Source of the DNA: a virus | Lineage: Duplodnaviria > Caudoviricetes | Reading direction: 5' to 3' (one strand) | Length of the DNA stretch: 27,851 nt | IMG/VR virus record: IMGVR_UViG_3300044723_006031 | Coordinates: 1 to 27,851 of that record | Shown here: one piece after another, positions 1-8,518 of the stretch | Layout of the letters: the number at the start of each line of letters is the position of its first letter | Numbering within the stretch: the first letter of the stretch is position 1 | Notes under the pieces: model-generated | The model's input: only the letters and a program-made list of their open reading frames with translations | Databases searched by the model: none | What the model was told of the DNA's origin: nothing | Translations under genes and position numbers: made by a program

Positions 1-591
1 TTTGATAAGTTATCTGAGAATGTAATCCATACCTACAAAACATATTACTTTGATGTACCTTATGAGGATGTAAAAGCAAATGTGGTGGCTTTCCTAAATG
101 AAAAGATTCATAAATTCAATGGGGAGAATGGTAGGGCTTTTTCTTATTTTACAGTAGTAGCTAGAAATTATTTATTTAATGAGAACAATGCCAACTATGC
201 TAGAATGAAATCTAAAACAGAAGTTAAGTATATTGATAGTTCTCGTAACATTGTAAATGAGATTGTTGACCAAAACAACAAAGAAGCTAAAGCCGATTTT
301 ATTGACCATTTTACAAAATATATAGATTATCACCTATATACAATATTCTTAAAGGATAGGGATAGGGCAATTGCAGATTCCATAAATGAATTATTTAAAA
401 ACAGATATGATTTATATTCGTACAATAAGAAGGCACTCTACATACTTATTAGAGAACGAACAGGAGTTCATACTCAATATATAACTAAGGTAGTAGGTAA
501 ATTAAAATTAATTTATGTAGAATTGTATAGAGAGTATAACAAAAACGGTCAGTTAGCAGTGACTTACAAATTAAAGGATAAAAATGGATAA
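1..591 (+). CDS. Phage late-transcription sigma factor, T4 gp55-like (5'-truncated)
   Basis: Frame 1 is open from base 1 (FDKLSENVIHTYKTYYFDVPYEDVKANVVAFLNEK...), so the true start lies upstream of the window, not at 82. The segment EKIHKFNGENGRAFSYFTVVARNYL resembles sigma region 2.2-2.4 as in gp55-type phage sigmas. It sits at the head of a structural gene cluster. Confidence 0.6.
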   Translation, partial: FDKLSENVIHTYKTYYFDVPYEDVKANVVAFLNEKIHKFNGENGRAFSYFTVVARNYLFNENNANYARMKSKTEVKYIDSSRNIVNEIVDQNNKEAKADFIDHFTKYIDYHLYTIFLKDRDRAIADSINELFKNRYDLYSYNKKALYILIRERTGVHTQYITKVVGKLKLIYVELYREYNKNGQLAVTYKLKDKNG

Positions 592-952
592 AGATACGGA
601 ATTATTTAAAGGAAAAACATTTGCTGATATTATGTCTGATGTTTACAACAATTCAAAAAAGAAGGATAGACAATTAAAACTTCTTATTGCTCAGTTAGAA
701 CCATTGGTTAAAAACCTAAGTGATGCCACTGTAATTGTTCCTTTGATAAAAGAGTATATGGATGTATCAATCCGAAATGATGACCAAATAGTAAAGTTAG
801 CTGCAATCGTTCAAAGAATGATGAAGGATGCTAACTCAGGTGATGATGGCGGATTTGGATTAAGTGAAGAAGAAAAGAAACAATTAATCTCAAATGCTGA
901 AGCGATAGATAAAACTATCGAAACATTACAAACCGAAGAGGGGGAAGAATAA
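584..952 (+). CDS. Hypothetical helical protein (possibly small-terminase-like)
   Basis: 122-aa ORF overlapping the previous stop, with AAGGA upstream. Amphipathic helical pattern with an acidic tail. The function is a guess; the coding status is well supported. Confidence 0.55.
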   Translation: MDKDTELFKGKTFADIMSDVYNNSKKKDRQLKLLIAQLEPLVKNLSDATVIVPLIKEYMDVSIRNDDQIVKLAAIVQRMMKDANSGDDGGFGLSEEEKKQLISNAEAIDKTIETLQTEEGEE

Positions 953-1956
953 TGCCAGGTTCAGGAGCTATAACAGTTGGTACTGTACAAAAGATAATAT
1001 TAAAAGATACTGATGTAAATGAAGTGTACCAAATCCAATGCTTTAATCAATCTAATCCAAACCAACAAATAAAAGCGTATCCATTTGATATGTCTGTAAG
1101 ACGAATTCCATTAATAGGTGAATCCGTTATATTAATATTAGGTACTTCAGGTGAATCAAAACCCACCAAAAGAAATTCTAATACAGATTACTACTACTTA
1201 AATCCCATAAGTGTACAAAAGAATCCCCACAACAACGCACTACCAGCATCTAAAACATTACTTAATACAACAGCTGCAGCTGGTACATATGCGGCAGCCG
1301 CTGCAGGTGTTCCAGTTATTAGTGGGGGTGGTTCTTCATCTAAATTAGGTAAGGGGTTTTCTGAAAGAGATGATGTAGGTTCACTACAACCATTTATTGG
1401 AGATGTATTAATGGAAGGTAGGTTTGGACATTCCCTAAGATTTGGATATACTCCAAATGGTAGTGATACAACTCAAACACCATCTTGGAGTGCATCTACA
1501 GACAACGACCCAATTACAATTATATCAAATGGTAGAAAGAGTGGTGGTTCTTACAATAAATTTATCATAGAAGATGTTAATGATGACCTTTCATCTATAT
1601 GGTTAGGTTCATCACAAAAGATAAAACTCAATCCAGCTCAGAATGGGTTGGGTGGTGCAGATGTACCTGGACAATATTCCAAGCCATCTATACTAATGAA
1701 TTCAGATAGAATATTTCTCAATGCTAGAAGTGAAAATGTTATAATAGCTGCTAAAAAAGATATTATAAATGCAACACCCGGATGGCAGATGGAAATGGAT
1801 AAACTATTTACTTTGATAGAGAAGTTAGCTAGTGAGTTAAAGGATTTAACCTCAGCAGCTTCAACTTATGCAACTGGAGTTGGACCTACAGGCCCGGCTA
1901 CAAATGCTGGAAAAGTTGCCTCTATACTTAGTGATATTAAAAAAATGAAACAATAA
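952..1956 (+). CDS. Baseplate hub/central spike protein (gp5/gpV-like)
   Basis: N-terminal OB-fold-like segment (RIPLIGESVIL), then GDVLMEGRFGHSLRFG, short beta repeats (SILMNSDRIFLNA) and a C-terminal TGVGPTGP tip-like motif. Lies upstream of gp25 and gp6. TAATG coupling with the previous gene. Confidence 0.6.
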   Translation: MPGSGAITVGTVQKIILKDTDVNEVYQIQCFNQSNPNQQIKAYPFDMSVRRIPLIGESVILILGTSGESKPTKRNSNTDYYYLNPISVQKNPHNNALPASKTLLNTTAAAGTYAAAAAGVPVISGGGSSSKLGKGFSERDDVGSLQPFIGDVLMEGRFGHSLRFGYTPNGSDTTQTPSWSASTDNDPITIISNGRKSGGSYNKFIIEDVNDDLSSIWLGSSQKIKLNPAQNGLGGADVPGQYSKPSILMNSDRIFLNARSENVIIAAKKDIINATPGWQMEMDKLFTLIEKLASELKDLTSAASTYATGVGPTGPATNAGKVASILSDIKKMKQ

Positions 1957-1957
1957 T

Positions 1958-2566
1958 ATGCCCGCACTTTGGTCCGCATTCATACCAGCAGTAGGTGGTT
2001 ACCTTAATTCATCCACAGAAGGAAAGACTCATGAGGAAACTGCTGAGAAGATAGCATCGGAATATCATAAAGCAGTAAAGCTAGCTACGACATCACTCCA
2101 TGCAAACCTACCATTGGTACAAGCACCATACGCTCCAATTAAAATGGCTATAATGAAAACGTTAAATGATATAAAGGAATCTGAAGGTAACCCAAAGTTA
2201 CCTCACTTTTCTGATTGGGCTAACGCAACATCAACATATTGGTTATCAACCACAATGTCCCCAACACCATTTCACCCAGTCAATATGGGATTATCAACAG
2301 CAACAGCTGGCGTACCCGCTCCAATATCACATATCATAAATAATGGAGGGATTATTCCAGCGTTACAAAACGATTTGTTATCAGCATTCTCAGATGGCCC
2401 GCAAAAAATCCCATATGGAATTCCATTTGCAACTAAATTAGTAACTGCATTTACGAATCATTTAACGACTGTTGGTGGATTACATACTGAATTAGTATTT
2501 CCAGGTTCACCAGCAACACCACTCCCACCATTTCCTTCACCACAACCTTGGGTAGGAATGGTGTAA
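1958..2566 (+). CDS. Hypothetical virion protein, Pro-rich
   Basis: 202-aa ORF starting 1 nt after the spike gene; Pro/Gly-rich C-terminus. Confidence 0.55.
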   Translation: MPALWSAFIPAVGGYLNSSTEGKTHEETAEKIASEYHKAVKLATTSLHANLPLVQAPYAPIKMAIMKTLNDIKESEGNPKLPHFSDWANATSTYWLSTTMSPTPFHPVNMGLSTATAGVPAPISHIINNGGIIPALQNDLLSAFSDGPQKIPYGIPFATKLVTAFTNHLTTVGGLHTELVFPGSPATPLPPFPSPQPWVGMV

Positions 2567-2574
2567 AAAGAAAG

Positions 2575-2598
2575 TTTTTAATATTTATATATAAAGTA
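2575..2598 (+). promoter_or_regulatory. Candidate phage late promoter (TTTTTAATATTTATATATAAAGTA)
   Basis: Intergenic. Near-identical to 22531-22554 and similar to 14112-14131; all three precede structural-gene runs. Confidence 0.55.
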
Positions 2599-2605
2599 CA
2601 CAATT

Positions 2606-3082
2606 ATGAAAGCAAAAGAATTAGCACAATTATTGGAATTAGTAGTAAGAAAGGTAGTTAGAGAAGAACTCAAACCTATCTTATCTGAGGTTAAGAAATC
2701 TCAAAAACCCATCATTAGAGAAGTAAAATCTAAAAAGGTGAGAGTTGAGAAAGACCCGTTAGATATCAATCTATCAGAAATTCTTGCAGAAGCTTCTGAG
2801 AGAAAAACTGAAAAGAAAACCTTTATGAAAAATCCAATGTTAAACGATATGTTAAATGAGGTAGCTGATAGTGGGGAGTGGAGAACTCTGAATCATACTG
2901 AATTCTCATCTAATCAAGCTCAATCATTTATGCAGGGTGGTTCTACTTCAGTAGCACCAATAACTGATATAGATGGTAGACCTGTTGATACTAACAATCA
3001 AGAAGTAGCAAACGTAATGGGGGCTATAACAAAAGACTATTCTCAATTGATGAAAGCGATTGATAAGAAGAGGGGTAGATAG
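2606..3082 (+). CDS. Hypothetical protein
   Basis: 158-aa ORF downstream of the late-promoter candidate; N-terminal amphipathic helix (LLELVVRKVVREELK). Confidence 0.6.
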   Translation: MKAKELAQLLELVVRKVVREELKPILSEVKKSQKPIIREVKSKKVRVEKDPLDINLSEILAEASERKTEKKTFMKNPMLNDMLNEVADSGEWRTLNHTEFSSNQAQSFMQGGSTSVAPITDIDGRPVDTNNQEVANVMGAITKDYSQLMKAIDKKRGR

Positions 3083-3084
3083 TG

Positions 3085-3522
3085 ATGGCTAAAGAGAGAA
3101 AACGATTTTTCTACAATCCTATAGATTTTAAAAAGGATGTTGCTGTTGGTGTTAAACTACCATTTGGAAAACCGAATGGGTTATTTAGTTTATCATATAC
3201 GACCGAAGAACAGGCGATATCTAATTTAAAGAATCTATTATTAACTAGAAAAGGTGAGAGACCCTTCCAACCAACATTTGGTTCGGATGTGTATTCTCAG
3301 TTATTTGAAAATATAAATTTAAATATAAATGAAAGAATTTCAGAAACACTCTCAGAAGATATCAAATTTTGGTTACCCTATATAGTTATTGATAAGATAG
3401 ATATTGAAACAGAACCCGATAGAAATTTTGTAAGAATTCAATTAAGATTTAGGGTTACTGAGCAAGGTGCAAATCAGCAAATAATATTATTTGTTGACTC
3501 AGCTGGGACCATAATAGAATAG
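3085..3522 (+). CDS. Baseplate wedge subunit, gp25/GPW family
   Basis: Family signature EQAISNLKNLLLTRKGERPFQPTFGS...LFE...I.FWLPYI. ATG at 3085; alternative GTG start at 3082. Confidence 0.9.
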   Translation: MAKERKRFFYNPIDFKKDVAVGVKLPFGKPNGLFSLSYTTEEQAISNLKNLLLTRKGERPFQPTFGSDVYSQLFENINLNINERISETLSEDIKFWLPYIVIDKIDIETEPDRNFVRIQLRFRVTEQGANQQIILFVDSAGTIIE

Positions 3523-3531
3523 GTTTAAGAT

Positions 3532-5472
3532 ATGGCAAATAAAAAGAAATCAGATTTAGTACAAAAGGATGTATCGTTAATCGGTAGAGATTTTGGTGAG
3601 TTTAGAAAAAACTTAATTGAGTTTTCTAAAAATTACTTCCCAAACACTTACAACGATTTTAACGAATCATCTCCAGGTATGATGTTTATGGAAATGGCAT
3701 CATATGTAGGTGATGTGTTATCATTCTATACAGATACACAATTAAGAGAATCATTATTAAGTACGGCTGAAGAGAACTCAAACTTATTTAATATTGTAAA
3801 TTCATTAGGATATAAACCTAAAAACATTATTCCAGCATCCGTAACAATGGATGTGTTTCAACTAATACCATCGACTGGTGTTGGTGATAATGTAAGACCT
3901 AATTTTGATTATGCTATGACAGTAAATCAAGGTATGGTTATTGGTTCAAGTGAATATTCTAATGTAGAGTTTACAACAGTATCATCAATTGATTTTGCGT
4001 TTTCATCATCATTCGACCCAACAGAAGTTTCAGTATATCAGATAGATGAGAATACAAACCTACCTGTTTACTACTTACTAAAGAAACAAGTTAAAGCTAC
4101 AAGTGGAAAAGAGAAAACCAAAACTTTTACTTTTGGAGCTGCTAAAATATATGATAAGATTAAGATTGAAGAAGAAAACTTAATAAGAGTAAAAAACATA
4201 ACCGATTCGGATGGTGATACTTGGACTAGAGTTCCTTACTTAGCACAAGATACTGTATTTGAACAAATAGATAATAACGAAGATAATTCAACATACCTAC
4301 ATAAGTATAGTGGTGATACTCCTTATTTATTAGAATTAAAAAGAGTACCTAAAAGATATATTACAAACTTTGAAGATGATGGAATTATGGTTATTCGATT
4401 TGGTGCTGGTATATCATCAAATGCAGATGAGGAAATAATTCCTAATCCTGATAATGTAGGTTCAGCACTTTATACAGAACATCAGAACTTAGATTCAGCA
4501 TTAGACCCATCTAATTTCTTATACACTAAAACATATGGGGTAGCACCTCAGAATACAACATTAACTGTTACTTACTTAATAGGTAATGGTATTGGTGATA
4601 ATGTTCCTTCAAATGATTTAGTTGATATTATATCAAAATCAGTTACATTTAAAAATGAAATAAATCTAAATAATAATTTAGTTAAATTTTGTAAACAATC
4701 AATAGCATGTTCAAATCCAAACGCAGCAGTGGGTGGTAAAACTACAGAATCTCAAGAAGAAATTAGACAGAATGCTATGGCATTCTTTGCGGCACAAAAT
4801 AGAACTGTGACTAGAGAAGATTATGTAATGAGATGTTACGCACTTCCACCACAATTCGGTTCAGTAGCTAAAGCATACTTAGTTCAAGATTATCAGTTAG
4901 AACAATCCAAACTAGATGGTCAGTATATCAATACTGAGATTCCAAATCCATTAGCATTGAATTTGTATACTTGTGGATATAATAACGAAAAGAACTTAAC
5001 ACCATTGAATGAAGCAACTAAATATAACTTAAAAAATTATATATCATATCACAGATTGTTAACTGATGCTGTAAATATAAAAGATGCACATATAGTAAAC
5101 ATTGGTATTAACTTTGAAATTATAGTTCTGCCTGAGTTTAACTCTAACGAAGTTTTACTAAGAGCTATTGATAGATTAAAGAGTTATTTTGATGTAGATA
5201 ATTGGAGAATTAATGAACCGATTAATTTATCTAAATTGTATGTTGAGATTGATAAAGTAGATGGTGTACAAACTGTAGTTAGACCTGATAAACAAGGTAA
5301 GGGTGGTTTACAAGTAGTTAATAAGTTTAACGGAAATTACTCACCGAATAAATATAGCATACTTAACGCAACTAAAGGGGGTATTATATTCCCACCTAAA
5401 GACCCATCGATATTTGAAGTGAAATTCCCAAACACAGATATTAGAGGACAGGTTATAACACAATCTTTCTAA
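3532..5472 (+). CDS. Baseplate wedge protein, T4 gp6 / baseplate J-like
   Basis: Motifs RDFGEFRKNL...YNDFNESSPGMMFMEMASYVGDVLSFYTD, IRFGAG and GG...ESQEEIRQNA...QNRTVTREDY. 646 aa, directly after gp25. Confidence 0.88.
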   Translation: MANKKKSDLVQKDVSLIGRDFGEFRKNLIEFSKNYFPNTYNDFNESSPGMMFMEMASYVGDVLSFYTDTQLRESLLSTAEENSNLFNIVNSLGYKPKNIIPASVTMDVFQLIPSTGVGDNVRPNFDYAMTVNQGMVIGSSEYSNVEFTTVSSIDFAFSSSFDPTEVSVYQIDENTNLPVYYLLKKQVKATSGKEKTKTFTFGAAKIYDKIKIEEENLIRVKNITDSDGDTWTRVPYLAQDTVFEQIDNNEDNSTYLHKYSGDTPYLLELKRVPKRYITNFEDDGIMVIRFGAGISSNADEEIIPNPDNVGSALYTEHQNLDSALDPSNFLYTKTYGVAPQNTTLTVTYLIGNGIGDNVPSNDLVDIISKSVTFKNEINLNNNLVKFCKQSIACSNPNAAVGGKTTESQEEIRQNAMAFFAAQNRTVTREDYVMRCYALPPQFGSVAKAYLVQDYQLEQSKLDGQYINTEIPNPLALNLYTCGYNNEKNLTPLNEATKYNLKNYISYHRLLTDAVNIKDAHIVNIGINFEIIVLPEFNSNEVLLRAIDRLKSYFDVDNWRINEPINLSKLYVEIDKVDGVQTVVRPDKQGKGGLQVVNKFNGNYSPNKYSILNATKGGIIFPPKDPSIFEVKFPNTDIRGQVITQSF

Positions 5473-5485
5473 AGAGGAAAACACT

Positions 5486-7501
5486 ATGATTTACAGAATA
5501 TACGGACAAAAAGATACTACGATTTATGAATCAACGACTCGTAAAGCACAAAACACAGGGTTAGATGAACTCTTAGAGGTTAGTAAAGTTTATGAAGATG
5601 GATTGTTTGTGGGTAATACTAGAATATTATCTAAATTCGATTTAACTGAAATATCCAAATCAGTATCATCAAACGAAATACCATCAACTGCAAAGTATCA
5701 ACTAAACTTAACATCAGTTAGTGAAACTGAAGTACTATCTGAATATAAATTGGAAGTTTACCCTGTATCACAAAGTTGGTCTGAGGGTATGGGTCAGTAT
5801 CACGATACACCATCTAATTCCGATGGTAGTTCTTGGGAACGTCGTGAAGGTAATCTATTATGGAATGTAGGTGAAACTCAAGTCTTTAATGGTGAAGATG
5901 TAGGAACAGTACCAGAAAAAGGAGTCGTATTATACGAAGGATTTTCAGAAGGAAGTGGTTCTGCATTTTTAACACAATCAATTAACGATTTTAATGGTAA
6001 TAGTCCATTCGCATCAGTTGAAAATAATAGATTAATTATATCAGCATCTAACTTCGCAGGAACTACATTAGTATTTCCAGCATACCTACAAAATGGTATT
6101 AACTATGGTGTACAATTTCAAATAGACCCTGAATCATTTGATGATATTGCATTTAGAATTTTAGACCCTAATGGGGTTCTTAAAACGGAAGGTGATTATA
6201 GTGGTATGGTAGGTGCTATAACTGCATCATCAACACAATCATTTGATTTACAATCAACCGCTGATGGGGTACATCAATTACAATTCACATTCTTTGATGG
6301 AAGTGGTGATGGTACTACAACAACTGGTTCATTTGATGAGGTTTATGTTTATCAAAAATCAGGTAATTTAATAGTATGGGATACCTTTACTCAGAATGAA
6401 GGTAATTTTAAATTAAGAAACAGAGTTAACCATACTGAAGATTCAAATGTAAGAATGTTTGCTTCAGAATCTAAATTAAATTTATATGCTAGTGAAGGTG
6501 GGGCAGATGCACAATACTCAGTAGAACTTCAAAAAGGTATTAATTATCAGATATCATCCTCTATAACTCCAGGCGATTTTAATCAAATAGATTTTACAAT
6601 ATATGATTCTGATGGTTTAAATATGAGAACAGTAGTATCAAATCTTACATCATCTTACTATGCACCGGCAACACAATCCATATCATTTGAACCTGTAAAG
6701 AGTGGAAACTATATATTTGCATATACATATTTCAACTCATCATCACTTTCACAAAGTGGTTCATTGGATGATTTTAAAATAACATATTCGGGTAGTATAC
6801 CAACAGCCGCTATATCAGAAGCAGGTTGGAGCAAGAATTCAGGAGGTTCTACTTGGTACACCGCATCTATTAATAACACAAAGTACTCACAAACATTTAG
6901 TAAATATAATACCAACCTAAATATAGATGTTACAAACTATGTAACAGATATCTTATCTGGTTCTAGACCAAATGATGGATTCTTAATTAAAAGAAATACT
7001 TCAGAAGAATCTAATACTATAAAGTATGGTTCATCTAAATTCTTCTCAAATAATACTCATACGATATATGTTCCTACATTAGAAGCTAAGTGGGATGATT
7101 CATCATTCGTAACAGGTTCACTTACAGAACTAACGGCAGATGATATTACATTATATATGAAGAATCTCAAAACCGAATATAAAGAATTATCAACATCTAA
7201 ATTAAGAGTTGTTGGTAGAGAAACATATCCTCAAAGAAGTTTCACGAACTCAGCACCATATAACCAAATTAAATATCTACCCGCAACTACTTATTACCAG
7301 GTTAGAGATGTAGAAACAAATTTAGTATTGATTCCATTCGATACAACTTACACAAAGGTTAGTTGTGATTCAACTGGAAACTTCTTTGATTTTAGATTTA
7401 ATACATTACAACCTGAAAGATTTTATCAATTCGAATTTAGAGTTGATAGAAGTGGTAACAACCAATATTTCGATGGGTTCATATTTAAAGTGGTAAGATA
7501 A
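5486..7501 (+). CDS. Virion structural protein: DNRLRE/CBM96-like domain interrupted by two tandem beta-sandwich repeats, plus a C-terminal beta domain
   Basis: N-half pattern DTTI..N.G...LEV..RIL.KFDL..VYPVSQSWSEG..W and C-half pattern GG.W..IDVT.YV..NDGFLIK..F.S..P.L..W. Internal repeats LQNGINY and LQKGINY. GAGGA upstream. Confidence 0.55.
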   Translation: MIYRIYGQKDTTIYESTTRKAQNTGLDELLEVSKVYEDGLFVGNTRILSKFDLTEISKSVSSNEIPSTAKYQLNLTSVSETEVLSEYKLEVYPVSQSWSEGMGQYHDTPSNSDGSSWERREGNLLWNVGETQVFNGEDVGTVPEKGVVLYEGFSEGSGSAFLTQSINDFNGNSPFASVENNRLIISASNFAGTTLVFPAYLQNGINYGVQFQIDPESFDDIAFRILDPNGVLKTEGDYSGMVGAITASSTQSFDLQSTADGVHQLQFTFFDGSGDGTTTTGSFDEVYVYQKSGNLIVWDTFTQNEGNFKLRNRVNHTEDSNVRMFASESKLNLYASEGGADAQYSVELQKGINYQISSSITPGDFNQIDFTIYDSDGLNMRTVVSNLTSSYYAPATQSISFEPVKSGNYIFAYTYFNSSSLSQSGSLDDFKITYSGSIPTAAISEAGWSKNSGGSTWYTASINNTKYSQTFSKYNTNLNIDVTNYVTDILSGSRPNDGFLIKRNTSEESNTIKYGSSKFFSNNTHTIYVPTLEAKWDDSSFVTGSLTELTADDITLYMKNLKTEYKELSTSKLRVVGRETYPQRSFTNSAPYNQIKYLPATTYYQVRDVETNLVLIPFDTTYTKVSCDSTGNFFDFRFNTLQPERFYQFEFRVDRSGNNQYFDGFIFKVVR

Positions 7502-8502
7502 TGGCGGCAACAAACAAAGTATCCAATACAACAGTAGAGCAGGAAGCAGTTAACCTTAGACCTATAAAACGAAATAGTTCTAAACAAATTGTTTCATATG
7601 CATTAGAAGAAGATTCTGATAAGGATTATGGTACTAACAAAATACCAGCAGTCTATGAAGGATATGATATGGCTGTATATAGACGTACATTGGATATGTT
7701 ATCAAATGAACTATTTGAAACACAACCAGATGTATCTCCAGAGATAATTAGCCAAACCCCAATCAATGAGCAAGATTTATATGTACAGGGTGTTTCTATC
7801 AAATCAGTTATTGAAGAAGAAGGATTTGATGATGTGTTTAGTGGTAGATATGAGTTAACACCATCTGCTCCATCTTGGAGAGATGTAGCGGGTATAGGTT
7901 ATAAAAACACACACTTTAGTGGTATAGATTACAGTCCTTGGGACGATGAAGCTGTCGAAGTAGCTACTGATGGGTATGTTAAGTGGAAAGGTTTTAAAGA
8001 AATACCTTGGGATTTAGCAGTATATGGACCACCACTTCAAGATGGTGGGTACATAATTACACAAGAACTTATAGATTCGGGGCGTGATATACAACTTAGT
8101 GCAACTGTTGGGATGAAACAGGGTAATGATAACCAATATACTGAAATATACCAATATGTGGATATTCATCTTAGAAGAACACCGAACACACCATCTTGGT
8201 CAGCAAAACAAGTAGGTGGACTTTGGAGTTCTGCTAATGGGCCTCGATACCCAATGCACAATTTGACTTTTAGAGTAAATAACAGTGGAATGCAAGTTGG
8301 TGATAGATGGGAAATCAGAAGTAAAACTGGTTCTGAAAACCCATTAAACTTTATATATGGTGATAAATCTATATTTGAAGTAAAAGTATTAGAACCAAAT
8401 GCGGATATGCAGTCATGGCCGGATACAGATGGGGCAGATGTGGTTACTAATTCAAGTGTGGTAAATGAAAATCAGTATGTAGAACCGGATAGACCCGATT
8501 AA
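7501..8502 (+). CDS. Hypothetical virion protein (acidic, Trp-rich C-terminal beta domain)
   Basis: 333-aa ORF, TAATG-coupled, inside the baseplate cluster. Confidence 0.55.
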   Translation: MAATNKVSNTTVEQEAVNLRPIKRNSSKQIVSYALEEDSDKDYGTNKIPAVYEGYDMAVYRRTLDMLSNELFETQPDVSPEIISQTPINEQDLYVQGVSIKSVIEEEGFDDVFSGRYELTPSAPSWRDVAGIGYKNTHFSGIDYSPWDDEAVEVATDGYVKWKGFKEIPWDLAVYGPPLQDGGYIITQELIDSGRDIQLSATVGMKQGNDNQYTEIYQYVDIHLRRTPNTPSWSAKQVGGLWSSANGPRYPMHNLTFRVNNSGMQVGDRWEIRSKTGSENPLNFIYGDKSIFEVKVLEPNADMQSWPDTDGADVVTNSSVVNENQYVEPDRPD

Positions 8503-8518
8503 TTCAAGGTAATAAGAT

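Noticed and set aside
82-591. GTG at 82 as the start of the first gene
   Set aside because: The frame is open from base 1 with protein-like sequence, so the gene is more likely truncated by the window edge.
952-5472. Bacterial T6SS/eCIS or tailocin locus
   Set aside because: Linked primase, resolvase, Mre11-Rad50 and a phage-type sigma, with no bacterial housekeeping or secretion genes, indicate a phage genome.
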